In this document: piece after piece, positions 38,305 through 49,160 of the stretch
How positions within the stretch are numbered: position 1 is the first letter of the stretch
Layout of the letters: every line of letters begins with the position of its first letter
Origin: Thermodesulfatator sp.
GTDB lineage: Bacteria; Desulfobacterota; Thermodesulfobacteria; Thermodesulfobacteriales; Thermodesulfobacteriaceae
DNA length: 64,000 bases
Direction: 5' to 3'
Assembly (NCBI GenBank): GCA_027064165.1
Contig: JAMOQE010000045.1
Span: forward strand, 8,504 to 72,503
Position numbers and translations under genes: made by a program
The notes under the pieces: generated by a model
The model's input: only the letters and a program-made list of their open reading frames with translations
The model's database searches: none
What the model was told of the DNA's origin: nothing

Positions 38305-40947
38305 TTAAAATACTCCTCCCATTATAAAATTCAAATTGCTTGTATCCTCTCCGGATTTTTTATCAATATTATATCCCCATTCAATCCTTATAGGGCCAAG
38401 AGGAGAAAGCCATCTAATACCTATTCCTATGCTCTTTTTAATATTTGAGCATTTAAAGCCTGAAGGCTTATCCCAAACCTCTCCCATATCGTAAAAAATA
38501 ACCCCCATAAAATTAATAGCTTTGGCAATGGGAAAAATATCTTCCACTTGAGTATAAAACATCCGTGTACCACCTATTTTGTCTCCTGTAGCAGGGTCCT
38601 TGGGAGAAACATCTCCATATTTGTATCCCCTTATAGATCCTATACCACCTAAATAAAATCTTTCAAATACAGGAATTTTCTTCCCGGAGCCTTCAGTAAT
38701 GTATCCATATCCTAATTTTATATGTCCCGTTGTCCTAAAAACAGGGAAAAATACATGATGAGTACCGGTAATTTTGAAGTAATTACTATCTCCTCCCAGA
38801 CCTGCATATTCAGTGTCTAAAGCGTGATACCAACCCTCTGTTGGTAAAAAGAATTGATTTCTGGAATCATATTTTATTCCTGCCTGTATTGCACTTGTAG
38901 TATGAATGTCTTTAGAGTCTTTAATTACCTGAGCAGCATCCTCAGCCACATCCTCAAGATCTGTATGATCAAATCTATAACCTGCATATCCGGACAGATT
39001 TAAAGAAAAATTGTAACCGACTTTTATACTTATTCCCCTACTCTTTTTAGTAAAGTCTGTATATTCTATCTTATAATCGTAAATAGAAGAACCAAGTGAA
39101 TAACGGGTGTCCAGAAAATATGGATCAAAAAAATCAAGAGAGTATCTGATTCTTTCAGAACTCATACTTAAAGAAAGACTTACTTTCTGGCCTTTACCCA
39201 AAAAATTTCTTTCTGAAATCTGAGTCATAAAATAAAATTTGTCTCTTGAGCTATAACCTCCTCCCAGACCAAAACTTCCGGTACGCGTCTCTTTAACCTT
39301 GACTTTTAAATTAAGCTCATCCTCCTTAGCAGCTTTTTCCTGCTTAATCTGCACATCCTGAAAAAATCCAAGTCTTCTAATTCTTTCTTCACTTTTTTCT
39401 ATTCTTTTTGCACTATAAGGCCACTTTTCTGCAATTAAAATCTGCCTTCTTATTACTTTGTCTCTCGTTTTAGTATTACCTGTAATTTCGACCCTGTTTA
39501 TGTAAACTACAGGCCCTTTATGTACTTTATAAGTAATATTAACCACTTTTTTGTCTGGATGTTTATCAAAATAAGTATTCACTTTGGCATAAGCATATCC
39601 GTGATCAGCAAAAAGATGTGTTAAAAGAACTTTATCTTCTTTCAATTTCTCAAGGCTGAACACATCCCCTGATTTAAGAAAAAGCTTTTTCTTAATAAAA
39701 CCTTGAGGAAAAAGATCCTGAACCACTTTAATACTACCTATTCTATAACAGGGCCCTTCTTCAACAGGAATGGTAATTATAACCCCGTCTTTTTCTTCTT
39801 TTACAGAGGGCTCTCCAATTTTTACATCAAGATAGCCATGATTTTTATAAAACAGCTCTATCTTGGCAAGGTCTCTTTTTAAATACATCATATTGTAAAC
39901 CCCTGGTTCTGCAACAGAGCCAGGTTTCAAAATTGTCTTTAAGTAATAAATAACCTTTCTAACTCGCATAAAAGAAGCTTTCTCTGAAACAGAAAGAAGG
40001 CCCTTCAATTTATCATCTGAAAAAGCACGATTACCAACAAATTCTATTTTTTTTATATATCTTTTCTGACCTTCTTTTATGTGAAAAATAAGTTTTACCT
40101 GAGTGGGCGAAACTTTTTTCTGAGAAACTTCCACCCTGGTTCCCTGAAATCCTTTTTGCTCATAAAAACTGATGATATTTGAAATAGCCTTATCAAGAAG
40201 CTCTGGAGTTACTATCTCACCCTTTTGTAATTTCACCACTCTGAAAAGCACTGCATCCTTTACAGATTCATTACCTTTAAACTCGGCTTCCTTAAGAGTC
40301 GGCCTTTCTTTTAGCTTAAAAATAAGAATAGCCCCTTTTTTCCCTTCTTCTAAGTATGCCTCTACATTTTCAAAATATCCGAGGTCATAAATGGCTTTTA
40401 AAGACTCATCAACTTTCTTTAAATCCAAAATATCCCCAGGCTTAAGTTTAATAACAGAAAAGATCAAGTCAGTACCTACATTTAGATTTCCGGAAACTCT
40501 TATGTCCTCTATAAGCACTTTCTTTTCCACTATGCTTTCCAAGTGTTTAATAGTTTGAGAAATAATATCAGAGAGATTCTGCTTTTTTCCGGTTACATAA
40601 AAATAAAATGGCTCTCTTGTTCCAATTTTTTTTATTTTCCATTCAAAACTCATTTCATTCCCTATTGAAATACACTTCACACGGGCAATTAAATAAGCAC
40701 GCCCTGTTCTCAAAAAAGAAAGAGCTTTTCTTTGAGAAAGAGACCTAATCTCCAGATTGAGGCCCTTCTTTATTGCCTGAGAAACAAGTTCTTTTAAATA
40801 CATCTTTAAGTAAACCCCGGACTGCTTCCCCCCTTGAGAAGAAGTTGAATAAATTATAACTGTTTTTAATTCTTTGGCTTTTAAAGAAGCAGAAAATAAA
40901 ATCAGGAAGAAAAACAAAAATAAATAAAATATTCTTATCTGCTTCAA
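38305..40947 (-). CDS. bamA: outer membrane protein assembly factor BamA
   Basis: POTRA repeats (GN..T.D.VIRR, LGFF), ERNFLGKGQ, IRGY, W.SPLGP, C-terminal F. Confidence 0.94.
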   Translation of the reverse strand: MKQIRIFYLFLFFFLILFSASLKAKELKTVIIYSTSSQGGKQSGVYLKMYLKELVSQAIKKGLNLEIRSLSQRKALSFLRTGRAYLIARVKCISIGNEMSFEWKIKKIGTREPFYFYVTGKKQNLSDIISQTIKHLESIVEKKVLIEDIRVSGNLNVGTDLIFSVIKLKPGDILDLKKVDESLKAIYDLGYFENVEAYLEEGKKGAILIFKLKERPTLKEAEFKGNESVKDAVLFRVVKLQKGEIVTPELLDKAISNIISFYEQKGFQGTRVEVSQKKVSPTQVKLIFHIKEGQKRYIKKIEFVGNRAFSDDKLKGLLSVSEKASFMRVRKVIYYLKTILKPGSVAEPGVYNMMYLKRDLAKIELFYKNHGYLDVKIGEPSVKEEKDGVIITIPVEEGPCYRIGSIKVVQDLFPQGFIKKKLFLKSGDVFSLEKLKEDKVLLTHLFADHGYAYAKVNTYFDKHPDKKVVNITYKVHKGPVVYINRVEITGNTKTRDKVIRRQILIAEKWPYSAKRIEKSEERIRRLGFFQDVQIKQEKAAKEDELNLKVKVKETRTGSFGLGGGYSSRDKFYFMTQISERNFLGKGQKVSLSLSMSSERIRYSLDFFDPYFLDTRYSLGSSIYDYKIEYTDFTKKSRGISIKVGYNFSLNLSGYAGYRFDHTDLEDVAEDAAQVIKDSKDIHTTSAIQAGIKYDSRNQFFLPTEGWYHALDTEYAGLGGDSNYFKITGTHHVFFPVFRTTGHIKLGYGYITEGSGKKIPVFERFYLGGIGSIRGYKYGDVSPKDPATGDKIGGTRMFYTQVEDIFPIAKAINFMGVIFYDMGEVWDKPSGFKCSNIKKSIGIGIRWLSPLGPIRIEWGYNIDKKSGEDTSNLNFIMGGVF

Positions 40948-40989
40948 CTTCCTCTCCTTTTAAAAATTTTTTACAATTTTATCAAAATT

Positions 40990-41664
40990 TTACAATTTTA
41001 TCAAAACACCGCTTTTTAATAAAAAGATTTTATCCATTTTTTTGGCAAAGTCCAGATTGTGGGTTACAAGTATCAAAGTAGTCCCTGCCTCTTTATTTGC
41101 CTTTAAAAAAGCCTGTATTACTTCTTCGGCAGTTTGAGGATCCAGATTCCCTGTGGGTTCATCAGCAAGAAGGAGTGGAGGATCTAAGAGCAAAGCCCTT
41201 GCTATGGCCACCCTTTGCCTTTCTCCCCCTGAAAGATGGGAAGGTTTATAAAAGAGCCTTTCACCCAGCCCAAAAAGTTCAAGAAGGGCCCTGGCACGCT
41301 CACCGGCTTCCTTATCTTTAAGGCCTGCCAGTTTCCCTGGAAGCACTACATTTTCAAGCACATTAAGCTCTGGTAAAAGATAGTGCATCTGAAATACAAA
41401 TCCTATAAATCTCTTCCTTACCTCTGCAAGCTCACTCTCTGATATTAAACTTAGGCTCTTTCCATTTAAGAAAAGTTCTCCACTATCTGGCTTTTCAAGA
41501 GTACCAATAATGTGAAGGAGGGTGGTTTTCCCAACTCCAGAAGGCCCAACTATTGCTATTTTCTCTCCTTTTTCTACGGAAAGATTTACCCCCTTTAAAA
41601 TCTCCACCCTTTTGTTGAGATAAAAAAAACTTTTCCTTATTCTCTGAAGTACCAAAAAACTCAT
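40990..41664 (-). CDS. lolD: lipoprotein-releasing ABC transporter ATP-binding protein
   Basis: [42 protein letters not shown]; next to lolE and bamA. Confidence 0.88.
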   Translation of the reverse strand: MSFLVLQRIRKSFFYLNKRVEILKGVNLSVEKGEKIAIVGPSGVGKTTLLHIIGTLEKPDSGELFLNGKSLSLISESELAEVRKRFIGFVFQMHYLLPELNVLENVVLPGKLAGLKDKEAGERARALLELFGLGERLFYKPSHLSGGERQRVAIARALLLDPPLLLADEPTGNLDPQTAEEVIQAFLKANKEAGTTLILVTHNLDFAKKMDKIFLLKSGVLIKL

Positions 41665-41666
41665 AT

Positions 41667-42893
41667 TTATCCCTGTCTTAATATTTCAGCAGGATAAAAT
41701 TTTGCTGCCTTTTTTGCTGGATAAAGGCAGGCAAGTATACTTATCAACATGGAAGTAAAAACTATAAAACAAAGGTCAGAAAGCGCCACTTTGACGGGGA
41801 GGTATTCCACTGGATAGACATCACTGGGCAGTTTTACCACAGGGACCTTGCTCAGAAACTCACACATTGCAAGGCCTAACCCGGTGCCCAATACTACCCC
41901 AATAAAAGAAAGAATAAAACCACAATAAAAAAACACTTTTAAGACATCCCGAGAAGTAGCTCCCATAGCCTTAATAATAGCTATATCTACCTTCTTTTCA
42001 TTAACAAGCATCACCATCGCAGCGACAATTGTGAAAAGAGAAACCACCACCATCAAGGTTAAAATAACAAATAACCCTGTTTTCTCAAGCTTTAAAGCAG
42101 TAAAAAGATTTCTGTTCCACTCCTGCCAGTCAATAATACTGGCAACTCCCTTTAACCGTTTAGAAAGCCGCTCTTTGTAAAAATGTGCCTTAAATGGATC
42201 TTTTAATTTAAGCTCTATTCCGTAATAAGAAGGTTTAGCCTTTTTTAAAAAGGCCTTATATGAAGTGAAACCAATGCTCTCGTCGTAATCGTAAACCCCT
42301 GTTCTAAAAATGCCTACCACTCTAAAAGCAAGTACTCTGGGGAAAAAACCAAAAATAGTATAAATTCCCTCCACACTAAGAAGCTTTACCCTGCTTCCAA
42401 GTCTCACTCCAAGCCTATCAGCAAGCTTTTCTCCCAGCACAAGAGGAAGATCTTTATCCCAGTGAGTTTTTTTTATATCTGGAGATAGCTCTAAATGTTC
42501 AAAGTTTTTTTCTTTTTTTAATTGCAAAAGATCTATCCCTTTAAGGACTATAGCCTGGGGGCTTCCCATATATATTGCAAGGCCCTGTAGTTGGAAAAAA
42601 GGGGAAATATTTTTTAACTCTTTTTCAGGAATAACCTCCTTTACAGTCTTTATTACATAGGGAGTAAGATCTTTTTCTGCAAAAGCTATGCTTATATGAG
42701 GATTAAAACCAAGCACTTTTTCAAGCACTGCATCTTTAAAACCTGTCATTACTGCACTCACCACTGTAAGGGCACAAACACTGAGACAAACTCCAAGCAC
42801 TGCTATAAGGGAAATAACTCCTGTAAATCTTTCCCGTTTAGGAGAAAAAACATACTTCAGAGCCAGCCAGAGTTGCCAATTTTTAAAAACCAT
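41667..42893 (-). CDS. lolE: lipoprotein-releasing ABC transporter permease LolC/E
   Basis: V.AVMTGF, DW...N.NLF.AL.LEK, V.EK..DIAI.KAMGA, YPA.KA; lysS-lolE-lolD-bamA synteny. Confidence 0.88.
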   Translation of the reverse strand: MVFKNWQLWLALKYVFSPKRERFTGVISLIAVLGVCLSVCALTVVSAVMTGFKDAVLEKVLGFNPHISIAFAEKDLTPYVIKTVKEVIPEKELKNISPFFQLQGLAIYMGSPQAIVLKGIDLLQLKKEKNFEHLELSPDIKKTHWDKDLPLVLGEKLADRLGVRLGSRVKLLSVEGIYTIFGFFPRVLAFRVVGIFRTGVYDYDESIGFTSYKAFLKKAKPSYYGIELKLKDPFKAHFYKERLSKRLKGVASIIDWQEWNRNLFTALKLEKTGLFVILTLMVVVSLFTIVAAMVMLVNEKKVDIAIIKAMGATSRDVLKVFFYCGFILSFIGVVLGTGLGLAMCEFLSKVPVVKLPSDVYPVEYLPVKVALSDLCFIVFTSMLISILACLYPAKKAAKFYPAEILRQG

Positions 42894-42894
42894 T

Positions 42895-44388
42895 TTAAAG
42901 ATCTTCTTTTCTTCTCAAATGTGGAAAGAGGATCACCTCTCTTATGGAAGGACTATCAGTAAAAAGCATTACCACCCTGTCTATCCCTATTCCTTCTCCT
43001 GCACAGGGAGGCATACCATACTCAAGGGCTCTCAGAAAGTCTTCGTCTATTTCAGGTGGAATCTCGTCATCCACCTCTCTGAGCTTTATTTGTTCTTCAA
43101 ATCTCTGCCTTTGATCCCTTGGATCATTAAGCTCGGAAAAGGCGTTAGCCACCTCTTTTCCAGCAATGTAAAGCTCAAATCTGTCTGCAATTTCTGGATT
43201 GGCTTCATTTCTTCTGGCAAGGGGAGACACCTCAATGGGAAAACCCACCACAAAAGTAGGCTGAATAAGCTTAGGTTCAATAAGTTCTTCAAATAGTTTT
43301 GTCCACCACTTGCCTATGCGTGGATCTTTTTGATTTAGCTCAATACCTTTTTCCCGGGCAAAGTTAAATAACTTTTCTCTATCATAAAGCACCTCTTCTG
43401 GAACTCCAGCTATCTCTATAAGGGATTTCATAAAGTCAATTCTCTTCCAGGGAGGAGTAAAATCAATGGTATGTCCCTGATACTCAAGGGTAGGCTTGCC
43501 CTTTATCTCCATACACAAGCCATAAAACAGCTCTTCTGTCCTTTTAATAAGATCCTCGTAAGTTGCATAGGCCTCGTAAAACTCAAGCATGGTAAATTCA
43601 GGATTATGTCTGGTTGAGACCCCTTCGTTTCTAAAATTTCTGTTTATTTCAAAGACCCTTTCAAAGCCTCCTACAATCAATCTTTTTAAGTAAAGCTCAG
43701 GGGCAATTCTTAGATAGAGATTCATTTCCAAAGCATTGTGATAGGTAATAAAAGGTCTGGCAGTAGCTCCTCCTGCAATGGGATGCATCATGGGAGTTTC
43801 CACTTCAAGAAAACCTTCTGAAATGAAGTAATTTCTTATGTATTGCACAATCCTTGTTCTTGTCCGAAAAAGCTCCCTTACTCTTTCGTTCATAATAAGA
43901 TCAAGATACCTCATACGGTACCGGAGCTCAGTATCTCTTAAGCCGTGATATTTCTCAGGAAGAGGCCTTAAAGATTTGGTAAGAAGCTTGAATTCCTTAA
44001 CGAGTATCGTTATTTCTCCAGTTTTTGTCTTTATAATTCTACCCTTAACACCTATTATGTCTCCAATATCAATCATTTTTTTGAAAAATTTAAAATTTTC
44101 AGCATCAACTTCTCCTTTTGCCACAAGAAGCTGAATTTTGTCTGTGGCATCCTGAAGATGGGCAAAGATAAGTTTTCCCATTTCTCTTTTTGCCATAAGC
44201 CTTCCCGCAAGGCTGAACTCTACTTTTACTTTCTCCAGTTCTTCTGAAGTAAGAGGACCATACTTTTCTTTAATATACTTTGCCCGATCAAGAGGTTTAA
44301 AGTCATTAGGATAAGGATTAACCCCCATTTCTTCTATTTTTTTTAGTTTCTCCCGTCTTACTTTGATAACCTGTGAATCTTCCTGCAT
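42895..44388 (-). CDS. lysS: lysine--tRNA ligase (class II)
   Basis: LPEKYHGL.D.E.RYR.RY.DL, YLRIAPELYLKRL, FRNEG, HNPEFT, YGMPP..G.G.GIDR; ATG 44388 has GGGGG RBS. Confidence 0.98.
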   Translation of the reverse strand: MQEDSQVIKVRREKLKKIEEMGVNPYPNDFKPLDRAKYIKEKYGPLTSEELEKVKVEFSLAGRLMAKREMGKLIFAHLQDATDKIQLLVAKGEVDAENFKFFKKMIDIGDIIGVKGRIIKTKTGEITILVKEFKLLTKSLRPLPEKYHGLRDTELRYRMRYLDLIMNERVRELFRTRTRIVQYIRNYFISEGFLEVETPMMHPIAGGATARPFITYHNALEMNLYLRIAPELYLKRLIVGGFERVFEINRNFRNEGVSTRHNPEFTMLEFYEAYATYEDLIKRTEELFYGLCMEIKGKPTLEYQGHTIDFTPPWKRIDFMKSLIEIAGVPEEVLYDREKLFNFAREKGIELNQKDPRIGKWWTKLFEELIEPKLIQPTFVVGFPIEVSPLARRNEANPEIADRFELYIAGKEVANAFSELNDPRDQRQRFEEQIKLREVDDEIPPEIDEDFLRALEYGMPPCAGEGIGIDRVVMLFTDSPSIREVILFPHLRRKEDL

Positions 44389-44401
44389 AAAATCCCCCTT
44401 A

Positions 44402-45322
44402 TTACGATTTTTGTTTTTGTCCAAAAGAAAGGGAAGCTCTCGGGTGAGAAGAAAGATAAACTTTAAGCAAATATTCGTAGCCTACTTTGGTATAAATTTC
44501 AGTGGTAGAAAGATTGGCATGGCCAAGAAGTTCCTGAATGCTTCTTAAGTCTGCACCGGCATTAAGAAGATGGGTGGCAAAAGCGTGTCTTAAAGCATGG
44601 GGATGAAGAGAAAAAAGGCCAGACTTAAGCCCAAGTCTTTTTATAATGTATCTTATTCCTCTTTCTCCGAGCCTTTCTCCTTTAGCATTCAAAAATACAT
44701 AAGGAGACTCTTTTCCAAGCTCTTTTAGCTTTTGTTCTCTTTTGGGAAGATATTCTTCCAGAGCCTCTAAAGCCTTCTGACCAAAAGGCACAAGCCTCTC
44801 TTTGTCCCCCTTACCCTTAACCCTTATTATACGAAGCTTACTGTCAATCTGTTCAAGGGTGAGATTACTTGCTTCACTTACTCTCAAACCACATCCATAG
44901 ATCAATTCCAGAAGTGCCCTATCCCTTGCTCCGAGAAAATCTTTTCCGGTAACTTCTTCTATCATGGAATTAAGCTCTTCTTCAGAAGGCACATAAGGAA
45001 GCTTCTTCTCTATCTTAGGAGCCTCCAGTAAAAATACTGCCTCACTCGTCACTCCCTTTCTTTTTAACAAAAACTTATAAAAGCTCTTTATGGCACTCAG
45101 TTTCCTTGCCAGACTTTTTGCACAGAGGCCCTTCTCTTTGAGATTGTAGAAAAAAGTTTTCAAGTGCACTTCATTTACATCTGCTGGATTTTCTATTCCG
45201 AGAGAAGAAAGAAAATTCAGAAATTCTTCAAGGTCGTGTTTATAAGCCTTGAGAGTATGAAAAGAAACCCTTTTTTCAGCTTCAAGATAATTCAAAAATT
45301 CTTTTAAAATATGCTCCCCCAT
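44402..45322 (-). CDS. xerC: tyrosine recombinase XerC/XerD family
   Basis: HTLKAY..DL, RDRALLE..YGCGLRVSE, GKGDKER.VP, HPHALRHAFATHLL..GADLR.IQELLGH..LSTT.IYT. Confidence 0.85.
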   Translation of the reverse strand: MGEHILKEFLNYLEAEKRVSFHTLKAYKHDLEEFLNFLSSLGIENPADVNEVHLKTFFYNLKEKGLCAKSLARKLSAIKSFYKFLLKRKGVTSEAVFLLEAPKIEKKLPYVPSEEELNSMIEEVTGKDFLGARDRALLELIYGCGLRVSEASNLTLEQIDSKLRIIRVKGKGDKERLVPFGQKALEALEEYLPKREQKLKELGKESPYVFLNAKGERLGERGIRYIIKRLGLKSGLFSLHPHALRHAFATHLLNAGADLRSIQELLGHANLSTTEIYTKVGYEYLLKVYLSSHPRASLSFGQKQKS

Positions 45323-45386
45323 GGTGGTAAATAAGTTATTATAGCAAAATTCTAAAAAGATAGCAATCAAAATTTTTCAAAAATTT

Positions 45387-46559
45387 TTATTTTTTCAAAA
45401 GAAAAAAAGTGTTTAAAGAAAGGAGGATCCCTACATACAAAGGTATAAGGAGGTGATAAGATATATGTGCTCCCAGAAACCCTGCTGTAAGTGTCCCAAA
45501 GGGATAAATCCCTAAAAAAGACATGCTAAAAAAACTTACAATTCTACCTCTCATTTCCGGACTACATTCTTCCTGTAAAAAAGAATTAGCTATAGGAATG
45601 AAATTAGTAAAAGAAAAACCTATAAGGAGACAGAATGCAAGTAGAAAAAATAAAGATTTAACCAATGAAAGACCAAAGAGGCCCGTAGCCAGAATTACAT
45701 TCGCCAAAAACAAGTGAAATCGTTTGTCTTTAAAGACTTTTCTGAAGGTAACTGAAAGTGCCCCGAGAATAGCTCCCATCCCTATAGAAGAAGAGGCCAA
45801 AGCAAATTCTTTGGCCCCGCCTTTCAATCCCTGATGAACTATCAGAGGGAGCAAAACAAGCAAAGAAGCTCCAAAAAAAGTAAAAATAGATACTGCAACA
45901 ATAACTTTTAAAAGGTAAAGTTTTTTTCTAACATACATAAAGGCTTCTTTAAGAGAAGAAAAAAAGGAAAACTTCTTTGCAGGTAAAATCTTCTTTGTCT
46001 CAGGTAAATTAATAAAATATTTCATAAAAAACAGAAAAGGGACGAAGCTCAATGCATTCAAATAAAAACAGGTGGAAAAGGAGTTTCTGGCAATAAACCA
46101 CCCTGCTATCATGGGACCTATCATTCTGGCAATATTAAAAGAAAGAGACTGAAGTGAAAGGGCCTGGGTAAGAAAATTTAAAGGCACTATGTCTGAAATT
46201 ATTACCTGACGAAGGGGTACATCAAACGCACTCAAACAGCCTGCAAAAAACACAAAAAAGGCTATTTTACTAAAAGTGAGGGCACCTATTTGCATACACA
46301 GCCCCATTCCAAGAGGAGGTAAAACCGAGAGGAAAAGAACAGATGTAAAAAGCTCCTTGTGATTGTACTTATCAATAAAAAAACCTGTAAAGAAGCCCAG
46401 CAAAATTATAGGAAAAGAGGATAAAAAATTGGTAAGTCCTAAATAAAACGAAGAATGTGTAACCTTGTAAATCAACCACTGAAGGGCCGTGTTATTAATC
46501 CAGGTTCCTGTAAAAGAAAGAAAATGCCCCAAAAGAAATAATACAAAATTTTTATTCAT
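45387..46559 (-). CDS. MFS transporter
   Basis: About 12 TM helices; S..GTW, FDVP.RQ, FN.AR..GP, MRGR..S. Confidence 0.88.
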   Translation of the reverse strand: MNKNFVLFLLGHFLSFTGTWINNTALQWLIYKVTHSSFYLGLTNFLSSFPIILLGFFTGFFIDKYNHKELFTSVLFLSVLPPLGMGLCMQIGALTFSKIAFFVFFAGCLSAFDVPLRQVIISDIVPLNFLTQALSLQSLSFNIARMIGPMIAGWFIARNSFSTCFYLNALSFVPFLFFMKYFINLPETKKILPAKKFSFFSSLKEAFMYVRKKLYLLKVIVAVSIFTFFGASLLVLLPLIVHQGLKGGAKEFALASSSIGMGAILGALSVTFRKVFKDKRFHLFLANVILATGLFGLSLVKSLFFLLAFCLLIGFSFTNFIPIANSFLQEECSPEMRGRIVSFFSMSFLGIYPFGTLTAGFLGAHISYHLLIPLYVGILLSLNTFFLLKK

Positions 46560-46838
46560 TGCCGCCCTATTTTACCAAAAATTTTACAGTTCTCTAATAT
46601 AACCAAAATATTTAGATAATTAAATTAGAACTTTTTCAAGCAAAGTCTATAGTCTATTCACATTTGATTTTTCAGAATATCGCATAAATTCTGGGTGATA
46701 GATCTCAATTTTTTATGTAATTCAAATAATAGAAGCAAAAATTCTATTTTTTAAAAATTTAGTAAATTTAGTCTTTACAAAAAAAATTTTGGGTGTAGGC
46801 TAAGAAGTCAGGAAAAATTTTAAGGAGGTTTGTGTAAC

Positions 46839-47045
46839 ATGTTTAGAGGTAAGGTTAAGTGGTTTGATGAGAAGAAGGGTTATGGGTTCATCTCCAAGGA
46901 GGAAGGGGGCGATGTATTCGTCCACTACTCCGCCATTGACATGCCCGGTTTTAAGACCCTGAAGGAAGGGCAAACCGTGGAATTTGAAGTGGTTGAAGGG
47001 CCCAAAGGCGAACAGGCTTCAAAAGTGAAAGTCGTTGAGGCCTAA
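46839..47045 (+). CDS. cold-shock protein
   Basis: [41 protein letters not shown]. Confidence 0.96.
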   Translation: MFRGKVKWFDEKKGYGFISKEEGGDVFVHYSAIDMPGFKTLKEGQTVEFEVVEGPKGEQASKVKVVEA

Positions 47046-47064
47046 CTCCTAATCCAAGTCAACC

Positions 47065-47088
47065 AGGGGGAGAGCTCCTCCCCCTTTT
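47065..47088 (+). terminator. rho-independent terminator after csp
   Basis: AGGGGGAG-5nt-CTCCCCCT followed by TTT. Confidence 0.7.
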
Positions 47089-47114
47089 CATAATATTTTC
47101 CGCTCAATTCTTCA

Positions 47115-47318
47115 ATGAGAAGTAAAATAATTAGAGCAAAAATTTCTCCTGAAAAAATTGCCTTTTTAAAATTTGTCTTAGATGGCTACAATCATCTGGC
47201 ATTACTTACTGTAAAAGACCCAAAAAAAGGAATTGTAGAATTAAGCTTCTTTCCCACAGAAAAAGAAGAAGTTTTAAATATCCTGCAGGATTTTGCTAAA
47301 AAAATTGAGGAAATTTAA
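47115..47318 (+). CDS. DUF4911-like small protein
   Basis: [20 protein letters not shown] pattern. Confidence 0.7.
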   Translation: MRSKIIRAKISPEKIAFLKFVLDGYNHLALLTVKDPKKGIVELSFFPTEKEEVLNILQDFAKKIEEI

Positions 47319-48384
47319 GCCTGTTCCTAAAGGCCAAGATTGCAAGCTGTCTTAAAAGGTGATCTGCAAGCACTATTCTTACCATAGCTTCAACCACAGG
47401 CACTATCCTGGGAATGGCTGAAATATCGTGTCTGCCTCCTATAGAAATTTCCACTTCTTTTCTGTGAATATTTATGGTTTTTTGAGTTTTTCTAATGCTG
47501 GGAATAGGCTTTACAGCCACTCTTAAAATTAAGTCCTGCCCTGAAGAGATACCAGCAAGTGTTCCACCTGCATCGTTTTTGGCAAAGCCATAAGGGGTAA
47601 TAGGATCATTATTTTCTGAGCCTTTTTTTCTTGCTGCCTCAAAACCAGCTCCAAGCTCAACTCCTTTTACCGCCCCTATACTCATAAGTGCCTTTGCAAG
47701 GTCTGCCTCAAGTTTATCAAATACAGGCTCTCCAAGACCAGCAGGCACTCCTTTTGCTATTACCTCAACCACTCCACCTAAGGAGTCTCCTTCCCTTTTG
47801 GTTTCTTCAATAAGCTTTAGCATCTTTTCAAATGCCTCTTCATCCGGACAGTAAAGTGAATTTTTATAGATTTGAGAAAGCTCTCTCTTTTCTACTTTTA
47901 TACCTCCAAGCTCCACAGTATAAGCCAAAACTTCTATCCCATATTCTTCCAGGACTCTTTTTGCCACGGCTCCAGCTGCAACCCTTGCTGCAGTTTCCCG
48001 CCCGCTGCTTCTCCCTCCTCCCCTGTGATCCCTTATGCCATACTTTATGTAATAAGTAAAATCTCCATGGCCTGGCCTGAAAATCTCTCTCAAATGTTCA
48101 TAGGCTTCTGGCCTTGCATCTTTATTCCAGATTAAAAGTGCTATAGGAGTACCTGTAGTTTTTCCTTCAAACACCCCTGAAAGAATCTGCACCTGATCTT
48201 TTTCTTTACGAGGAGTGGAAGAAGGCCCCTTGCCAGGCCTTCTTTTGTCAAGCTCCTTCTGAATATAGGCTTCGTCAAGGGTAAGCCCTGGAGGGCAACC
48301 ATCAACCACAGCCCCAAGTGCCCTGCCATGAGATTCCCCAAAAGTTACAACCTGAAATAGCTTTCCTATCCTGTTTCCACTCAT
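47296..48384 (-). CDS. aroC: chorismate synthase
   Basis: [38 protein letters not shown]. Confidence 0.98.
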   Translation of the reverse strand: MSGNRIGKLFQVVTFGESHGRALGAVVDGCPPGLTLDEAYIQKELDKRRPGKGPSSTPRKEKDQVQILSGVFEGKTTGTPIALLIWNKDARPEAYEHLREIFRPGHGDFTYYIKYGIRDHRGGGRSSGRETAARVAAGAVAKRVLEEYGIEVLAYTVELGGIKVEKRELSQIYKNSLYCPDEEAFEKMLKLIEETKREGDSLGGVVEVIAKGVPAGLGEPVFDKLEADLAKALMSIGAVKGVELGAGFEAARKKGSENNDPITPYGFAKNDAGGTLAGISSGQDLILRVAVKPIPSIRKTQKTINIHRKEVEISIGGRHDISAIPRIVPVVEAMVRIVLADHLLRQLAILAFRNRLKFPQFF

Positions 48385-48446
48385 GCCAGATTAAAATTAA
48401 CAGAAGTTTTTGTGTTTGTAAATAATTTTGTTATATTTATGTTATT

Positions 48447-49160
48447 ATGATAACCCTCTTGGTTCCAGCCGCAGGAATCGGGAAGAGAATGGGGAAAGAA
48501 GTCCCCAAACAATTCCTTTTTTTAAAGGATAAGCCCCTTTTTGTTCATACCCTTTCTATTTTTGAAAAACACCCTTTAGTAAATTCAATTGTGATAGCAA
48601 CAAGAGAGGAATATATTCCTTTTGTGGAAAAAGAACTCTTGAAAGCAGGAATAAAGAAGGTGGTTTCTGTGGTTAAAGGAGGAGAAACCAGGCAGGACTC
48701 TGTTTACCAGGCACTAAAACATGCCCCTTCTTCTACTGAAATTTTTCTTGTACACGATGCTGTAAGGCCTTTTGTGAGTTTTTCTCTTATAGAAAGGGTG
48801 ATACAGGGCGTAAAAAAGCATGGTTCTGCAATTCCTGCCCTTCCAGTAAGGGATACCATGGTAAGAGCAAAAGAGGGCAAAATTTATAAAAAGCTTGAGA
48901 GAGAAAATGCCTTCCTTGTGCAAACTCCTCAAGGCTTCAGGGCTGAAATCTTGAGAGAGTGCCTGGAAAAGGCTCAAAAAGACGGACTTCTCTTTACTGA
49001 TGAAGGCACACTTCTCCTTCACTATCAAAAAGAGGTGCACATTGTGGAAGGGGAACCTATGAATTTAAAAATTACTTACCCTCAGGACTTTCTTCTTGCA
49101 GAACACCTGATTGAGTGTAAAATAGTAGAATTTCAAAAGGAGAAGTGCTTATGGAAATAA
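48447..49160 (+). CDS. ispD: 2-C-methyl-D-erythritol 4-phosphate cytidylyltransferase
   Basis: PAAGIGKRM...PKQF, GG.TRQDSV, VHDAVRP, QTPQGF, TDE, NLKIT.P.D. Confidence 0.96.
   Translation: MITLLVPAAGIGKRMGKEVPKQFLFLKDKPLFVHTLSIFEKHPLVNSIVIATREEYIPFVEKELLKAGIKKVVSVVKGGETRQDSVYQALKHAPSSTEIFLVHDAVRPFVSFSLIERVIQGVKKHGSAIPALPVRDTMVRAKEGKIYKKLERENAFLVQTPQGFRAEILRECLEKAQKDGLLFTDEGTLLLHYQKEVHIVEGEPMNLKITYPQDFLLAEHLIECKIVEFQKEKCLWK

Noticed and set aside
44402..45322. Tyrosine recombinase as a prophage or island integrase
   Set aside because: Size and motifs fit housekeeping XerC/D; neighbours are core genes; no att repeats, tRNA or phage genes
46676..46723. dif-like half sites (CGCATAA ... TTATGTAA) near xerC
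   Set aside because: The arms are about 25 nt apart instead of 6 nt
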